A stretch of DNA of 40,000 bases from the NCBI RefSeq assembly GCF_004339545.1, contig NZ_SMGD01000006.1:16293-56292 (forward strand), written 5' to 3'. Below are positions 16,669-25,789 of this stretch, piece by piece. The notes beneath the pieces were generated by a model. It did no database searches. It was given only the letters and a program-made list of their open reading frames with translations, and had not been told where the DNA came from. Origin of the DNA: Celerinatantimonas diazotrophica (GTDB lineage: Bacteria; Pseudomonadota; Gammaproteobacteria; Enterobacterales; Celerinatantimonadaceae). Every line of letters begins with the position of its first letter. Positions within the stretch are counted from its first letter, which is position 1. Both the position numbers and the translations under genes were made by a program.

Positions 16669-18744
16669 TCAGTAAGATCCATCACTAAAAATGGCATTTT
16701 TATCAATACCTAACCGTTTCATTCTCGAAAGCAGCGTTGTGCGCTTGATACCCAGTTTTTGCGCCGCTCCTCGCGGACCTGCCACAATCCCATTCGTTGC
16801 TTTTAAAGCGCTAATAATCTGGTCGTACTGATGATGCTCTGGTTTAGGGGGCGGAGCGACTTGATGGGAAAATGAGGCGAAGTCCGATTCGCTTTGAATA
16901 TTTAGCTCCGGTGGCAAGCAGAGTTCCCGTCCTGGTGAGAGTAAGACGGCGCGCTCGACGACATTTTCTAATTCGCGAACATTGCCAGGCCACGGATGCT
17001 GTTGGAGCTGGTGGAGCACTTTGGCTGGAATACTGTTGATCTCTCGACCGAGGCGACGAGCCGCTTTAAAGGCAAAAAACTTAACGAGCGTTGGAATGTC
17101 TTCAAGGCGTTCACGAAGAGGAGGTAAACGGACCGGAAAGACATTCAGCCGATAGAATAAATCACTACGGAAACTTTTATCTTCGACCATCTGTTTGAGG
17201 TCTCGATTGGTTGCGGCAATGAGCCGTACATTGACTTGAATCAGTTTACTTCCGCCGAGTCTTTCAAACTCTTGCTCTTGGAGTACTCGTAACAGTTTCG
17301 GTTGTAGTTCAAGTGGCATATCGCCTATTTCATCTAAAAACAAACTGCTTTGATGTGCTAACTCAAAACGCCCGGCGCGGCTGGTACTGGCACCAGTAAA
17401 TGCGCCTTTTTCATGACCAAAGAGATCGCTCTCTAACAAGCCTGCTGGCATCGCTGCACAGTTCATTTTGATCATGCGTTTTTCATTGCGTGGACTTAGT
17501 TGATGGATTGCTTTGGCAAATAGCTCTTTACCGGTGCCGGTTTCTCCCAGTAGTAATACACTACAATCAGTTTTGGCGACAAGCTCTATTTGCTTCATCA
17601 CATTGCTGATAGCCGAGCTGCGGCCAATAATCTGATCAAATTGATGATCAATCTGGTCGATTTGTTCACTTAAATAGTGGTTCTCATGTACTAACTGCTC
17701 TTTAAGCGATTTAATTTGTTGATACGCAAGGGCATTATCGATAGCGATGCCGACTCGTTCCGCAATTTGCTCCAGTAGTGCTAGTCGGTTCTGACTAAAG
17801 CTATCGGTATTTGGCTCGCCGTGCGCCACTTTTAAAACGCCACACACCTTACCAGCATAAATAATGGGTAATAACCCTAATTGATGAGACAGTGCTGGCC
17901 ATAGCTCGAATAATTTTTGTTCGGATAGGGCCATGTCCTCATCGTTGTTGAGCGAGTGCAGGGAGCGTTTGGCATGTTCAAAAACTTGGCGACTCGGACT
18001 TTTTTTGCTCAGTGACCGGTGCTCACATAGTGATATTTCTTGGTCATTAAAAAAGAAGGTACTGTAGCTGATATTATGTTTGGGCTTGTTATCAGGCAAA
18101 GTAATGGTGATGGCATCGAGCGCAAAATAGCGGTGGATTTCCCGAGCTATTTGTAAAATGACCTTATCTAGCTCTCGCTGAGCAAGCACTGAGTTGGTCA
18201 CATTGACTAAAACGTGAAAGTCATCACGCTGTCGACACAACTGGCGTTCTTGATAGCGCAGTTCAACGTGTGATTGTAGATGGGCCAGAGCAATTGATAG
18301 TGAGTGGGTGAGTACTTGGGCGTCTTTAAATGGCTTCTCACTCAAGATTTCACATAAATTATAACGCCCCTTATTATCGACCAACGGGAGCGCGGTATAG
18401 TAGTTAAATTCAGGGTAGTTGACTTGGCGAAATAATGCCGGATAACGTTTAACGAATTCGTCGTAGCTCAACTCAAGCGGTTGTCGAGTGGTCTGAATTT
18501 GATGAAGCGGGCCATTTTCAAATAACTCTGACTGTTCCAAGCTGCGGTATTGAGGGTCATAAATGTGCCAACTCAATTGCTCAGCAGTAGAAACGAGTAA
18601 GGTCGGTTGGCCGTGCGCTGGGTGTGTGGCTAGCTTTTGCTGCAAGCATCCCAGGAAATCCTCAATCGTAAATTGCTCAAGGAGCTGATGAGTCAAATCC
18701 AGCCAAAATGTCGATTGTGTATGATCGTTGGTCGTTATGAACAT
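16669..18744 (-). CDS. fhlA: sigma54-dependent formate hydrogenlyase transcriptional activator
   Basis: The ATG at 18744 (the track start 18780 is a TTG extension) gives 691 aa; E. coli FhlA is about 692 aa. It has a long GAF-containing N-terminus and an AAA+ core with GETGTGKELFAKAIH, the sigma54-contact motif GAFTGA and an ESDLFGHEKG loop. The C-terminal HTH is AAQKLGIKRTTLLSRMKRLGI. Confidence 0.9.
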   Translation of the reverse strand: MFITTNDHTQSTFWLDLTHQLLEQFTIEDFLGCLQQKLATHPAHGQPTLLVSTAEQLSWHIYDPQYRSLEQSELFENGPLHQIQTTRQPLELSYDEFVKRYPALFRQVNYPEFNYYTALPLVDNKGRYNLCEILSEKPFKDAQVLTHSLSIALAHLQSHVELRYQERQLCRQRDDFHVLVNVTNSVLAQRELDKVILQIAREIHRYFALDAITITLPDNKPKHNISYSTFFFNDQEISLCEHRSLSKKSPSRQVFEHAKRSLHSLNNDEDMALSEQKLFELWPALSHQLGLLPIIYAGKVCGVLKVAHGEPNTDSFSQNRLALLEQIAERVGIAIDNALAYQQIKSLKEQLVHENHYLSEQIDQIDHQFDQIIGRSSAISNVMKQIELVAKTDCSVLLLGETGTGKELFAKAIHQLSPRNEKRMIKMNCAAMPAGLLESDLFGHEKGAFTGASTSRAGRFELAHQSSLFLDEIGDMPLELQPKLLRVLQEQEFERLGGSKLIQVNVRLIAATNRDLKQMVEDKSFRSDLFYRLNVFPVRLPPLRERLEDIPTLVKFFAFKAARRLGREINSIPAKVLHQLQQHPWPGNVRELENVVERAVLLSPGRELCLPPELNIQSESDFASFSHQVAPPPKPEHHQYDQIISALKATNGIVAGPRGAAQKLGIKRTTLLSRMKRLGIDKNAIFSDGSY

Positions 18745-18950
18745 GACTCTCTCGCTGAAACATGAATGAGCATTGGACAAGTGCCTTAACTAACCGATGA
18801 CACGCAATATTTAAGGCAATGGATTCGATAACAGATGATCAGATGATATTGAGTCGCCTACTTCATCACCGCGAAATCAGCTGCATCTACAAAGCCATAT
18901 TGTTTGTCAGGTATTATAATGATTTGAGTTGTTCAATAACCTAAACTCGA

Positions 18951-19967
18951 TCAACAAATACGTGGAAGAGGTTCAAAATAGGGCAGCTCTAAAGAGCGAG
19001 TTACACCATAAGCACCTTTGAGGCGAACCCCTGGTTTTTCCTGCACTTGGCCAATAACGGTGGCGTTGGCTCCCAGAGGGTGGTTGTGCAGCTGTGTTAA
19101 AACCTGCGTGGTCGCGCTATTTTTACAGATAATAATTAATTTGCCTTCATTGGCAAGGTTCAATGGCTCAAGCCCCAGTAGCTCACACATTCCCCGAACG
19201 GCGTCACTAACGGGCAAGAGTACTTCGCTGACTTCAAAACCTAAACCACTGGTTTTCGCAAATTCATGCAAAATAGCATTCACGCCGCCGCGGGTTGCAT
19301 CTCTTAAGGTATGAACGCCAGCTATGTGCACGAGCGGTTCAACCAATGGCCAGAGGACCGCACAGTCACTTTGCAGGGCATCGCCTAGGCCTAAATTTTC
19401 GCGCTGATTTAAAATCGCGCCACCATGGTCGCCTAGTGTGCCAGTGACAATGATGTCATCTCCTGCGGTAATTTGTTCCATGCCCCAGTGCGTTCGTGGG
19501 TCGATGAAGCCAATCCCGGTGGTGTTGATAAATAGTTTATCGGCATTGCCGCGGCCAACTACTTTCGTATCGCCAGTGACAATTTGAATATTGGCTTGTC
19601 GAGCCGTATGCGCCATGCTTTGAATAATTTTTTCTAAACGCGCAATAGCCAGCCCTTCTTCCAAAATGAGGCTGCAGGTCAGATACTGAGGGCGTGCTCC
19701 GCCGACGGCCAAATCATTCGCGGTCCCACAAATAGCTAATTTACCGATATCACCGCCGGGAAATTCCAGGGGATCAATCACAAAACTGTCAGTGGTCATG
19801 GCTAAAGTGCCTGATTCGCTATTCATTGATGAGAGTGCGATTCGAGCCTGGTCTTCGCCACGGCGTAAATAGGGATTATCAAATTGCTTAACGAGCAGAT
19901 TTTCAATTAATTGACCCATTGCCTGACCACCACTGCCGTGCGCCAGGGTAATTACATCGTTGGACAT
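18951..19967 (-). CDS. hypE: hydrogenase maturation protein HypE (carbamoyl dehydratase)
   Basis: 338 aa. The N-terminus is ITLAHGSGGQAM. It has a PurM-like fold and the diagnostic C-terminal ...PRIC. Confidence 0.93.
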   Translation of the reverse strand: MSNDVITLAHGSGGQAMGQLIENLLVKQFDNPYLRRGEDQARIALSSMNSESGTLAMTTDSFVIDPLEFPGGDIGKLAICGTANDLAVGGARPQYLTCSLILEEGLAIARLEKIIQSMAHTARQANIQIVTGDTKVVGRGNADKLFINTTGIGFIDPRTHWGMEQITAGDDIIVTGTLGDHGGAILNQRENLGLGDALQSDCAVLWPLVEPLVHIAGVHTLRDATRGGVNAILHEFAKTSGLGFEVSEVLLPVSDAVRGMCELLGLEPLNLANEGKLIIICKNSATTQVLTQLHNHPLGANATVIGQVQEKPGVRLKGAYGVTRSLELPYFEPLPRIC

Positions 19968-21082
19968 TCATCCTCCAAAGCATATTGATAACAGGCTGCA
20001 CATGCGCCTTCTGATGATACCATTAGTGCACCAACTGGTTGTTTGGGTGAGCATTGTTTGGCAAATAACGGGCACTGTTGAGGTTTACATTTGCCGGTGA
20101 GAACATCGCCACAGCGAGCGCCACACTGTTCGCTGACCTCATACTGATGCGGGGTAAATTGCTTTTCAGCATCAAATTGGGCAAATTCATCACGAAAGCG
20201 CATTCCTGATTTAGCAATACTACCCAATCCGCGCCATTGGCTCGATGCTTTGAGTGTAAATACTTTCGCAATCGCTGCTTGAGCTTGACGGTTGCCTTCA
20301 CTTAGCACCACTCGAGCATATTGATTCTCAACTTCGCATCGATCTTGGACTATCTGTTCGACAATCATCAAGACGCTCTGGAGCATATCAACGGGTTCAA
20401 AGCCACTGACCACGAATGGGCAGTGATACTGCTGACATAAGCCCTGATATGCGTCTGCGCCGATCACCATCGATACATGGCCCGGTCCAAGTAACGCATC
20501 AATTTGTTGATCGGGTTCGCTGAGTAGTTCTTTGAGTGTGGGAATGATGGTGATGTGCTGACAAAATCCAAAGAGATTGGAGAGTTTCAGCGCCTTGGCT
20601 TTGATGAAGGTCATGGCTGTAGCAGGCATGGTGGTTTCAAAACCCAATGCAAAGAAGACCACTGGCCGTGATGGATTCTCTTGTGCAATTTTAAGTGCGT
20701 CGAGTGGTGAATAGATCATCCGTACATCAGCGCCTTCACGACGGGCATCGAGTAGCGAACCATGGCTGCCAGGAACTCGCATGGCATCTCCAAAGGTTAA
20801 AAAAATCACCTCTTTGTGATGGGCTATTTCGATGCAGCTGTCGATACGTCCCATCGGCAAAACACAGACAGGACACCCCGGTCCATGGATGAAATCGATA
20901 CTTTCGGGGAGCAGTTTATCGAGACCAAAGCGAAAAATAGCGTGAGTATGTCCGCCACAGACTTCCATAATTCGCAGCGGTGCACGCGCATTGTACTGAC
21001 TGAGTGTTTCCATCCTTGCATTGATTAATGCGAGTGTTTTTTGAACCATATCCGCATCGCGATATTCATCAATCCAGCGCAT
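19952..21082 (-). CDS. hypD: hydrogenase maturation protein HypD
   Basis: The ATG at 21082 gives MRWIDEYRD... Motifs are EVCGGHTHAIF and GPGCPVCV. The gene overlaps the hypC stop and the hypE start. Confidence 0.93.
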   Translation of the reverse strand: MRWIDEYRDADMVQKTLALINARMETLSQYNARAPLRIMEVCGGHTHAIFRFGLDKLLPESIDFIHGPGCPVCVLPMGRIDSCIEIAHHKEVIFLTFGDAMRVPGSHGSLLDARREGADVRMIYSPLDALKIAQENPSRPVVFFALGFETTMPATAMTFIKAKALKLSNLFGFCQHITIIPTLKELLSEPDQQIDALLGPGHVSMVIGADAYQGLCQQYHCPFVVSGFEPVDMLQSVLMIVEQIVQDRCEVENQYARVVLSEGNRQAQAAIAKVFTLKASSQWRGLGSIAKSGMRFRDEFAQFDAEKQFTPHQYEVSEQCGARCGDVLTGKCKPQQCPLFAKQCSPKQPVGALMVSSEGACAACYQYALEDECPTM

Positions 21083-21365
21083 GGCTGCCCCCGCCATTAT
21101 TTAAAAAGGCACCGACATCACTTTCCAGCTCACTCATTGCCTCAAGCGTTGCAAGCGTTTCTTTTGCTTGTTGCTCATCCAATACGCTCATGGCAAAACC
21201 AACATGCACCAATACCCATTGACCGAGCCGAGATTGACCACTTTCATCGGTGGCACCAATGAGTGAGAGATCGACTTCGCGTCGAGCACCACCTACGGCA
21301 ATGATGCCGATATCTGGCTGGGTATTATCGAGTGCGATGAGCTGTGCCGGTGTCCCTATGCACAT
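21069..21365 (-). CDS. hypC: hydrogenase maturation chaperone HypC
   Basis: The ATG at 21365 gives the diagnostic N-terminus MCIGTPAQLI (essential Cys2). It is 98 aa. The ORF-track start (21392) is an extension into hypB. Confidence 0.9.
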   Translation of the reverse strand: MCIGTPAQLIALDNTQPDIGIIAVGGARREVDLSLIGATDESGQSRLGQWVLVHVGFAMSVLDEQQAKETLATLEAMSELESDVGAFLNNGGGSHALD

Positions 21366-22276
21366 TGTTGGGCCTCCAACCAGCTCATCCACTCATCCAT
21401 TCCTTCACCGGTAGTGGTGCTAATCGGGATAATGGTTAATTCAGGATTGACCTGATGAGCATACTCCATACATTGTTTTAGATCGAAATCGACATGTTCT
21501 AATAGGTCAGCTTTATTGATCAGTAGCAATGATGATGCGGCAAACATATGCGGATATTTTAGTGGTTTATCTTCACCTTCGGTCACTGATAGCAACACAA
21601 CTTTGTGTTTTTCACCTAAATCAAAATCAGCAGGGCACACCAAGTTCCCAACATTTTCGATAAACACATAGCTGTGATCGCTGGGTTCAAGACGATGCAG
21701 TGCGTCGTGGATCATTTGGGCATCGAGATGGCACCCTTTTCCCGTGTTGATCTGTAGTGCTGGTGCCCCAGTGGCTTCAATCCGATGCGCATCGTTTTGG
21801 GTCTGTTGATCGCCTTCAATCACGTAGCAAGAGTGCTCAGGTAAAAGTCTTTTGAGCGTTTCTACTAGTAAAGAGGTTTTGCCAGAACCGGGGCTCGAGA
21901 CAAAATTGAGCGCACACTGTTGGTGGCTGGCAAAATGTTCACGGTTGTGAGCCGCTTGCTGATTGTTTTTAGCCAGCACTTGCTGCTCGATATTGATGGT
22001 GCGTTTGACCCCTTGGGTCATGTTTTGCGGTGGTTGTTCTGAGGGCAGCGTGTCCACATGATAATGAATATGGTGGTGAACATCACCATGGTGATAATAG
22101 TGATGGTGGACTTCGATATAATTGGCTTTTGGGTGCGAGCCATCGGGGTGATGATGGTGATGTTGGGCATGAACATCGCAATGATGATGTTCATGTTCAT
22201 GTTCATGATCATGTTCGTGATGATCGCTGCCAGACATGGTGACACCGCCTTCACTACAACCGCAAGTACTGCACAT
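21356..22276 (-). CDS. hypB: nickel-binding GTPase HypB with extended His-rich tract
   Basis: 306 aa. It has an N-terminal MCSTCGC metal site, 26 His within residues 19-73, the P-loop SSPGSGKTSLL and NKADL. Confidence 0.93.
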   Translation of the reverse strand: MCSTCGCSEGGVTMSGSDHHEHDHEHEHEHHHCDVHAQHHHHHPDGSHPKANYIEVHHHYYHHGDVHHHIHYHVDTLPSEQPPQNMTQGVKRTINIEQQVLAKNNQQAAHNREHFASHQQCALNFVSSPGSGKTSLLVETLKRLLPEHSCYVIEGDQQTQNDAHRIEATGAPALQINTGKGCHLDAQMIHDALHRLEPSDHSYVFIENVGNLVCPADFDLGEKHKVVLLSVTEGEDKPLKYPHMFAASSLLLINKADLLEHVDFDLKQCMEYAHQVNPELTIIPISTTTGEGMDEWMSWLEAQQCA

Positions 22277-22319
22277 ATTAGATCCTTAAAGACCGCTACG
22301 TCTTTTTATCAATAACGAT

Positions 22320-22664
22320 TTAAATGATTTCGATTCGTTCGATGGTGACATCATTGTCTGCATCGATATTCAGATCATGACTGCCACAATGAGGGCAGAC
22401 TTTCACCAATGACGAAAGTAGTTCGATTTCTTTTTGGCAGTGGTTACAAAAACAATGAGCGACTTGTAGCTCTAGATGCAGTTTGCAGCCTTCAGCCAGC
22501 GTTTCCCGACAGACCAGCTCAAAACAAAAATTCATAGCGGCTGGTTCAATACACGAAAAAGCACCCACTCTTAACCAGACATCGGTAATGGCTCTGGCGC
22601 CATTGGCGCAAGCATATTGCTCAACTGTTTCGATGGTTTGTTGACAAAGCGTAATTTCATGCAT
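22320..22664 (-). CDS. hypA: hydrogenase nickel-insertion protein HypA
   Basis: 114 aa. The N-terminus MHEITLCQ carries the Ni site, and the zinc site is CNHCQ...CPHCG. Confidence 0.9.
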   Translation of the reverse strand: MHEITLCQQTIETVEQYACANGARAITDVWLRVGAFSCIEPAAMNFCFELVCRETLAEGCKLHLELQVAHCFCNHCQKEIELLSSLVKVCPHCGSHDLNIDADNDVTIERIEII

Positions 22665-22704
22665 GGAACGTCTCGAAAAACAAAAAATAATCTAACGCTG
22701 ATAT

Positions 22705-22721
22705 AGCAAAACCAGTGCCAA
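22705..22721 (-). promoter_or_regulatory. sigma54 (-24/-12) promoter of hypABCDE(-fhlA)
   Basis: The minus strand reads TTGGCACTGGTTTTGCT, a near-perfect TGGCAC-N5-TTGCW match. The -12 GC lies 42 nt upstream of the hypA ATG. Confidence 0.8.
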
Positions 22722-22756
22722 GCACTCCATAGATCATGTTACGCCAAGCCTGTGGC

Positions 22757-22776
22757 TGTCGATTTGATACGTGACA
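22757..22776. promoter_or_regulatory. candidate FhlA enhancer (UAS) between the two divergent sigma54 promoters
   Basis: TGTCGATTTGATACGTGACA shares the TGTCGA half-site with motifs at 23039 and 34400. It is centred roughly 70-110 bp upstream of both predicted start sites. The assignment is inference. Confidence 0.35.
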
Positions 22777-22848
22777 AGTTCTTTTTGAATGCCTCTCTTA
22801 ACTTATTAAGATAATGAAATAAAAGGATTTTTATTTATTTTTATCAGG

Positions 22849-22865
22849 TTGGTGCGAAAAATGCT
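22849..22865 (+). promoter_or_regulatory. candidate sigma54 promoter for the hyf operon
   Basis: TTGGTGCGAAAAATGCT has GG-N10-GC spacing with three mismatches to TGGCAC-N5-TTGC. It is the only GG-N10-GC match on the plus strand in the 472-bp intergenic region. It sits about 270 nt upstream of the hyfA ATG. Confidence 0.5.
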
Positions 22866-23022
22866 GTATCTACTAAGAAATATGATTTGCTGTGATACAC
22901 GACGTCAAGTTCGCAGCAAAAGAACGACCCATAAGCTGTGAGCGAGCAGGTCTTTAAATGCTGGCTAAACCCCGTCAGCTGTATGCTGACTCATAGTTTA
23001 AGGCTCAGGCGTTAATGCTATG

Positions 23023-23084
23023 GAAAATGACGTAGGTATGTCGACAGAAATGTCATCTTTGGTGATCTCGTCAAAAATGACGAG
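23023..23084. promoter_or_regulatory. cluster of dyad motifs (FhlA-site-like) just upstream of hyfA
   Basis: Three elements: GAAAATGACG (23023-23032), ATGTCGACAGAAATGTCAT (23038-23056) and the perfect palindrome CTCGTCA-AAAA-TGACGAG (23067-23084). The last resembles TGTCGAAAAGACGAG upstream of hydN. Confidence 0.4.
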
Positions 23085-23136
23085 CACTCGAACACCTTTC
23101 CCAGAAGTGACGTCAGATTAAGCAAAGAGAGAGATT

Positions 23137-23757
23137 ATGAACCGTTTTGTAATTGCTGATCCGAGCTTGTGTATCGGCTGCAATACCTGTGTGGCGGCGT
23201 GTTCCCAAACACATCTCCAACAAGGATTGCAGGGTGAACCCAGGTTAAAGGTGATGCGCACTGAGCAGGAATCTGCTCCGCAAATGTGTCATCAGTGTGA
23301 AGATGCTCCGTGTGCGACTGTTTGTCCGGTGGGGGCTATCCGCCGAGAAAATAATGCCATTGTTCTTAACGAGAGCTTGTGCATTGGCTGTAAGTTGTGT
23401 GCCATTGCCTGTCCATTTGGTGCGATTACCTTAAGTGGTTCCCGACCCGTGGATATTCCCGATGATGTCGCAACTGATAAAGCGCCTTTGCCTGAGCGTG
23501 AAGCCCGCCCGGTAAGTCCATTATTGGATTGGCGCAAAGGGGTCCGTTCAGTCGCAGTGAAATGTGATCTCTGTGCCTTTAGTGAGCAAGGCCCGGCATG
23601 TATCGCCACTTGTCCAACTGGGGCCATTATTGAAGTGAGCGATGCCGCTATCGCCCAATCGAATGAGCGTAAACGCATCCAAGGCGCGCTGCCTCAATCG
23701 AATCAAATGACGATCACTTCATGGCAAGATCAGCCTGTTTCAGGAGGGCGAAAATGA
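23137..23757 (+). CDS. hyfA: hydrogenase-4 / FHL ferredoxin-type subunit (4x[4Fe-4S])
   Basis: 206 aa. MNRFVIADPSLCIGCNTCVAAC parallels E. coli HyfA/HycB. There are four Cys clusters: CIGCNTCVAAC, CHQCEDAPCATVCP, CIGCKLCAIACP and CDLC...CIATCP. Confidence 0.9.
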   Translation: MNRFVIADPSLCIGCNTCVAACSQTHLQQGLQGEPRLKVMRTEQESAPQMCHQCEDAPCATVCPVGAIRRENNAIVLNESLCIGCKLCAIACPFGAITLSGSRPVDIPDDVATDKAPLPEREARPVSPLLDWRKGVRSVAVKCDLCAFSEQGPACIATCPTGAIIEVSDAAIAQSNERKRIQGALPQSNQMTITSWQDQPVSGGRK

Positions 23758-25778
23758 ATCATTCATTAGCCTTGCTTATATTTGCCCTCGGCCTATTTAT
23801 GTTTAGTGCGCTGGTATCGCTGTGTTTGCCAAAATTAGAAGCCTTGGCGATTCGTTTAAGCGGCAGTTTAACCGCGATTGCAGGCGTGGTTGCCATTGTC
23901 GCTATCTGGCCGGTGCTGATTCACGCGCAAGTTGTGAGTGCCCAATGGGCTGGCCCTTTTGCTGAGTTTGCCCATCTCACTGTGCGTTTGGATGCTCTGG
24001 CAGCCTTCATGGTGCTGGTGATTAGTCTGTTGGCGACCATCTCTGCGATTTATTCTATTGGCTATCTTCAGCATTATCGAGGGCGTGGCGCTTGGGCGTT
24101 GGGCTTTTTTATGAATATCTTTATCGCCTCGATGATTGCCCTGGTGGTTGTTGATAATGCCTTTTATTTCATCGTGTTGTTCGAGGCTATGTCCTTGTCA
24201 TCCTATTTCTTGGTGATTGGCGAACAAGATGAATCCTCAGTCAGCGCGGGCTTTTTATATTTTCTGATTGCCCACGCCGGTTCTGTGCTCATTATGCTGT
24301 CGTTCTTTTTGATGTATCGCGGTACCGGGAGCCTTGATTTTGCCTCGTTTCGACAATTTCACCCCGGAGCGCTGCAAGGCTCAATTATCTTTTTGTTAGC
24401 CTTCTTTGGTTTCGGCGCCAAAGCGGGGATGTTGCCACTGCATGGTTGGCTCCCTCGTGCGCATCCCGCAGCTCCATCCCACGCATCGGCCATGATGTCG
24501 GGAGTGATGGTCAAAATCGGTATCTTCGGGATCATCAAAGTGGGGATTGATTTACTCGGCGCGCAGCAAGCATGGTGGGGTGTGGTGGTCTTGGCTTTTG
24601 GTGCCGTCTCTTCGGTACTGGGTGTGCTTTATGCGCTTGCTGAACATGACATTAAACGGCTGCTTGCCTACCACACAGTTGAAAATATCGGCATTATTTT
24701 GATGGGCGTTGGTGCCGGCATGATCGGTATGGCGACCCACCATCCGCTATTGGCATTGATTGGCCTGCTTGGCGCGCTATATCACACCATTAACCATGCG
24801 GTATTTAAAGGGTTGTTATTCCTTGGTGCCGGTGCGGTGATTGAGCAGGTGCACACCAAGAATATGGAAAAAATGGGCGGATTAGCTAAGCGCATGCCAC
24901 ATACGGCCTTAGCCTTTTTAATCGGCTGTATGGCGATTGCCGCACTGCCACCACTCAATGGTTTTGTCAGTGAATGGTTCACCTATCAATCGTTATTCTC
25001 TTTAGCTTTACATCATCATATGTGGCTGCAGCTGGCTGGGGCTATCGGCATTATTTTGCTGGCAATCACCGGCGCTTTGGCGGCGATGTGTTTTGTCAAA
25101 GTCTATGGTGTGAGTTTTTGTGGTCGAGCGAAAAGTGAAGCGGCCCAGAATGCTCATGAAGAAGCACTCAGCATGCGTATTGCGATGGGACTGTTGGCTC
25201 TGCTGTGTATTGTGTTGGGACTTGGCGCCTGGAAAATTGCACCGGTATTAACCGCAGTTGCTGCGCAACTGGTTCATAGCTCTAGCACAACGATTGCAGC
25301 GGGCTCACTAGCTGTCATGCCCGGTAGTCACGCCCTGACTGCACTGAATGCACCATTATTATTTGTGTTGTTGTTAGCTCTACCATTATTACCACTGATC
25401 ATTGCCAGTGTGTTACGCCAAGGACGTCTTGGGTTTCGTCGGCGTGGTGACCCATGGGCTTGCGGTTATGGTTATGAGCAAGAGATGGCGATCTCCGCCG
25501 GCGGTTTTGCTCAGCCCCTGCGCGTTTTCTTTAGCGGTTTGTATCAACTGCGTCAAACCCTTGATCCCTCCCCCATACTACATCGTTGTTTAAATGCTGC
25601 ACAGCGCGGGGCTGCCTTTATCGAGCCTAGCTTTGATAACTATCTGGTGATGCCTGTGGTTCGAGGGACGCAGCGCCTGAGTCGGGTTGTGCAATGGATC
25701 CAGTTCGGTGACTTTCGTGCCTATTGCTTGTATGTGGTCGCGGCCCTGTTGATTTTACTGTTTGCGGTCATGCTTTAG
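23754..25778 (+). CDS. hyfB: hydrogenase-4 membrane subunit, NuoL/antiporter-like
   Basis: The ATG at 23754 forms an ATGA overlap with the hyfA stop. It is 674 aa; E. coli HyfB is about 672 aa and HycC about 608. It is collinear with remembered HyfB, for example WLPRAHPAAPSHASAMMSGVMVKIGIFG and DIKRLLAYHTVENIGIIL. Confidence 0.9.
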   Translation: MNHSLALLIFALGLFMFSALVSLCLPKLEALAIRLSGSLTAIAGVVAIVAIWPVLIHAQVVSAQWAGPFAEFAHLTVRLDALAAFMVLVISLLATISAIYSIGYLQHYRGRGAWALGFFMNIFIASMIALVVVDNAFYFIVLFEAMSLSSYFLVIGEQDESSVSAGFLYFLIAHAGSVLIMLSFFLMYRGTGSLDFASFRQFHPGALQGSIIFLLAFFGFGAKAGMLPLHGWLPRAHPAAPSHASAMMSGVMVKIGIFGIIKVGIDLLGAQQAWWGVVVLAFGAVSSVLGVLYALAEHDIKRLLAYHTVENIGIILMGVGAGMIGMATHHPLLALIGLLGALYHTINHAVFKGLLFLGAGAVIEQVHTKNMEKMGGLAKRMPHTALAFLIGCMAIAALPPLNGFVSEWFTYQSLFSLALHHHMWLQLAGAIGIILLAITGALAAMCFVKVYGVSFCGRAKSEAAQNAHEEALSMRIAMGLLALLCIVLGLGAWKIAPVLTAVAAQLVHSSSTTIAAGSLAVMPGSHALTALNAPLLFVLLLALPLLPLIIASVLRQGRLGFRRRGDPWACGYGYEQEMAISAGGFAQPLRVFFSGLYQLRQTLDPSPILHRCLNAAQRGAAFIEPSFDNYLVMPVVRGTQRLSRVVQWIQFGDFRAYCLYVVAALLILLFAVML

Positions 25779-25789
25779 GGAGAAACACT

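Noticed and set aside
22018-22315. Three long ORFs (22018-22254 minus, 22030-22242 plus, 22058-22315 plus) rich in M/I/N/H/V
   Set aside because: They are frame artefacts of the CAT/CAC/GAT codon repeats that encode the HypB His-rich tract. They have no independent support.
22960-22973. Second minus-strand GG-N10-GC match (reads ACGGGGTTTAGCCAGCAT) that would place the 23023-23084 dyads about 60-120 bp upstream of a promoter
   Set aside because: Only the GG and GCA match the sigma54 consensus. A near-perfect promoter already exists at 22705-22721, much closer to hypA.
23038-23121. 27-codon ORF (MSTEMSSLVISSKMTSTRTPFPEVTSD) ending 15 nt before hyfA, considered as a possible leader peptide
   Set aside because: It has only a weak AGG upstream and no family resemblance. 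Its existence may simply follow from the dyad motifs it overlaps. I mention it in a finding but do not call it as a gene.
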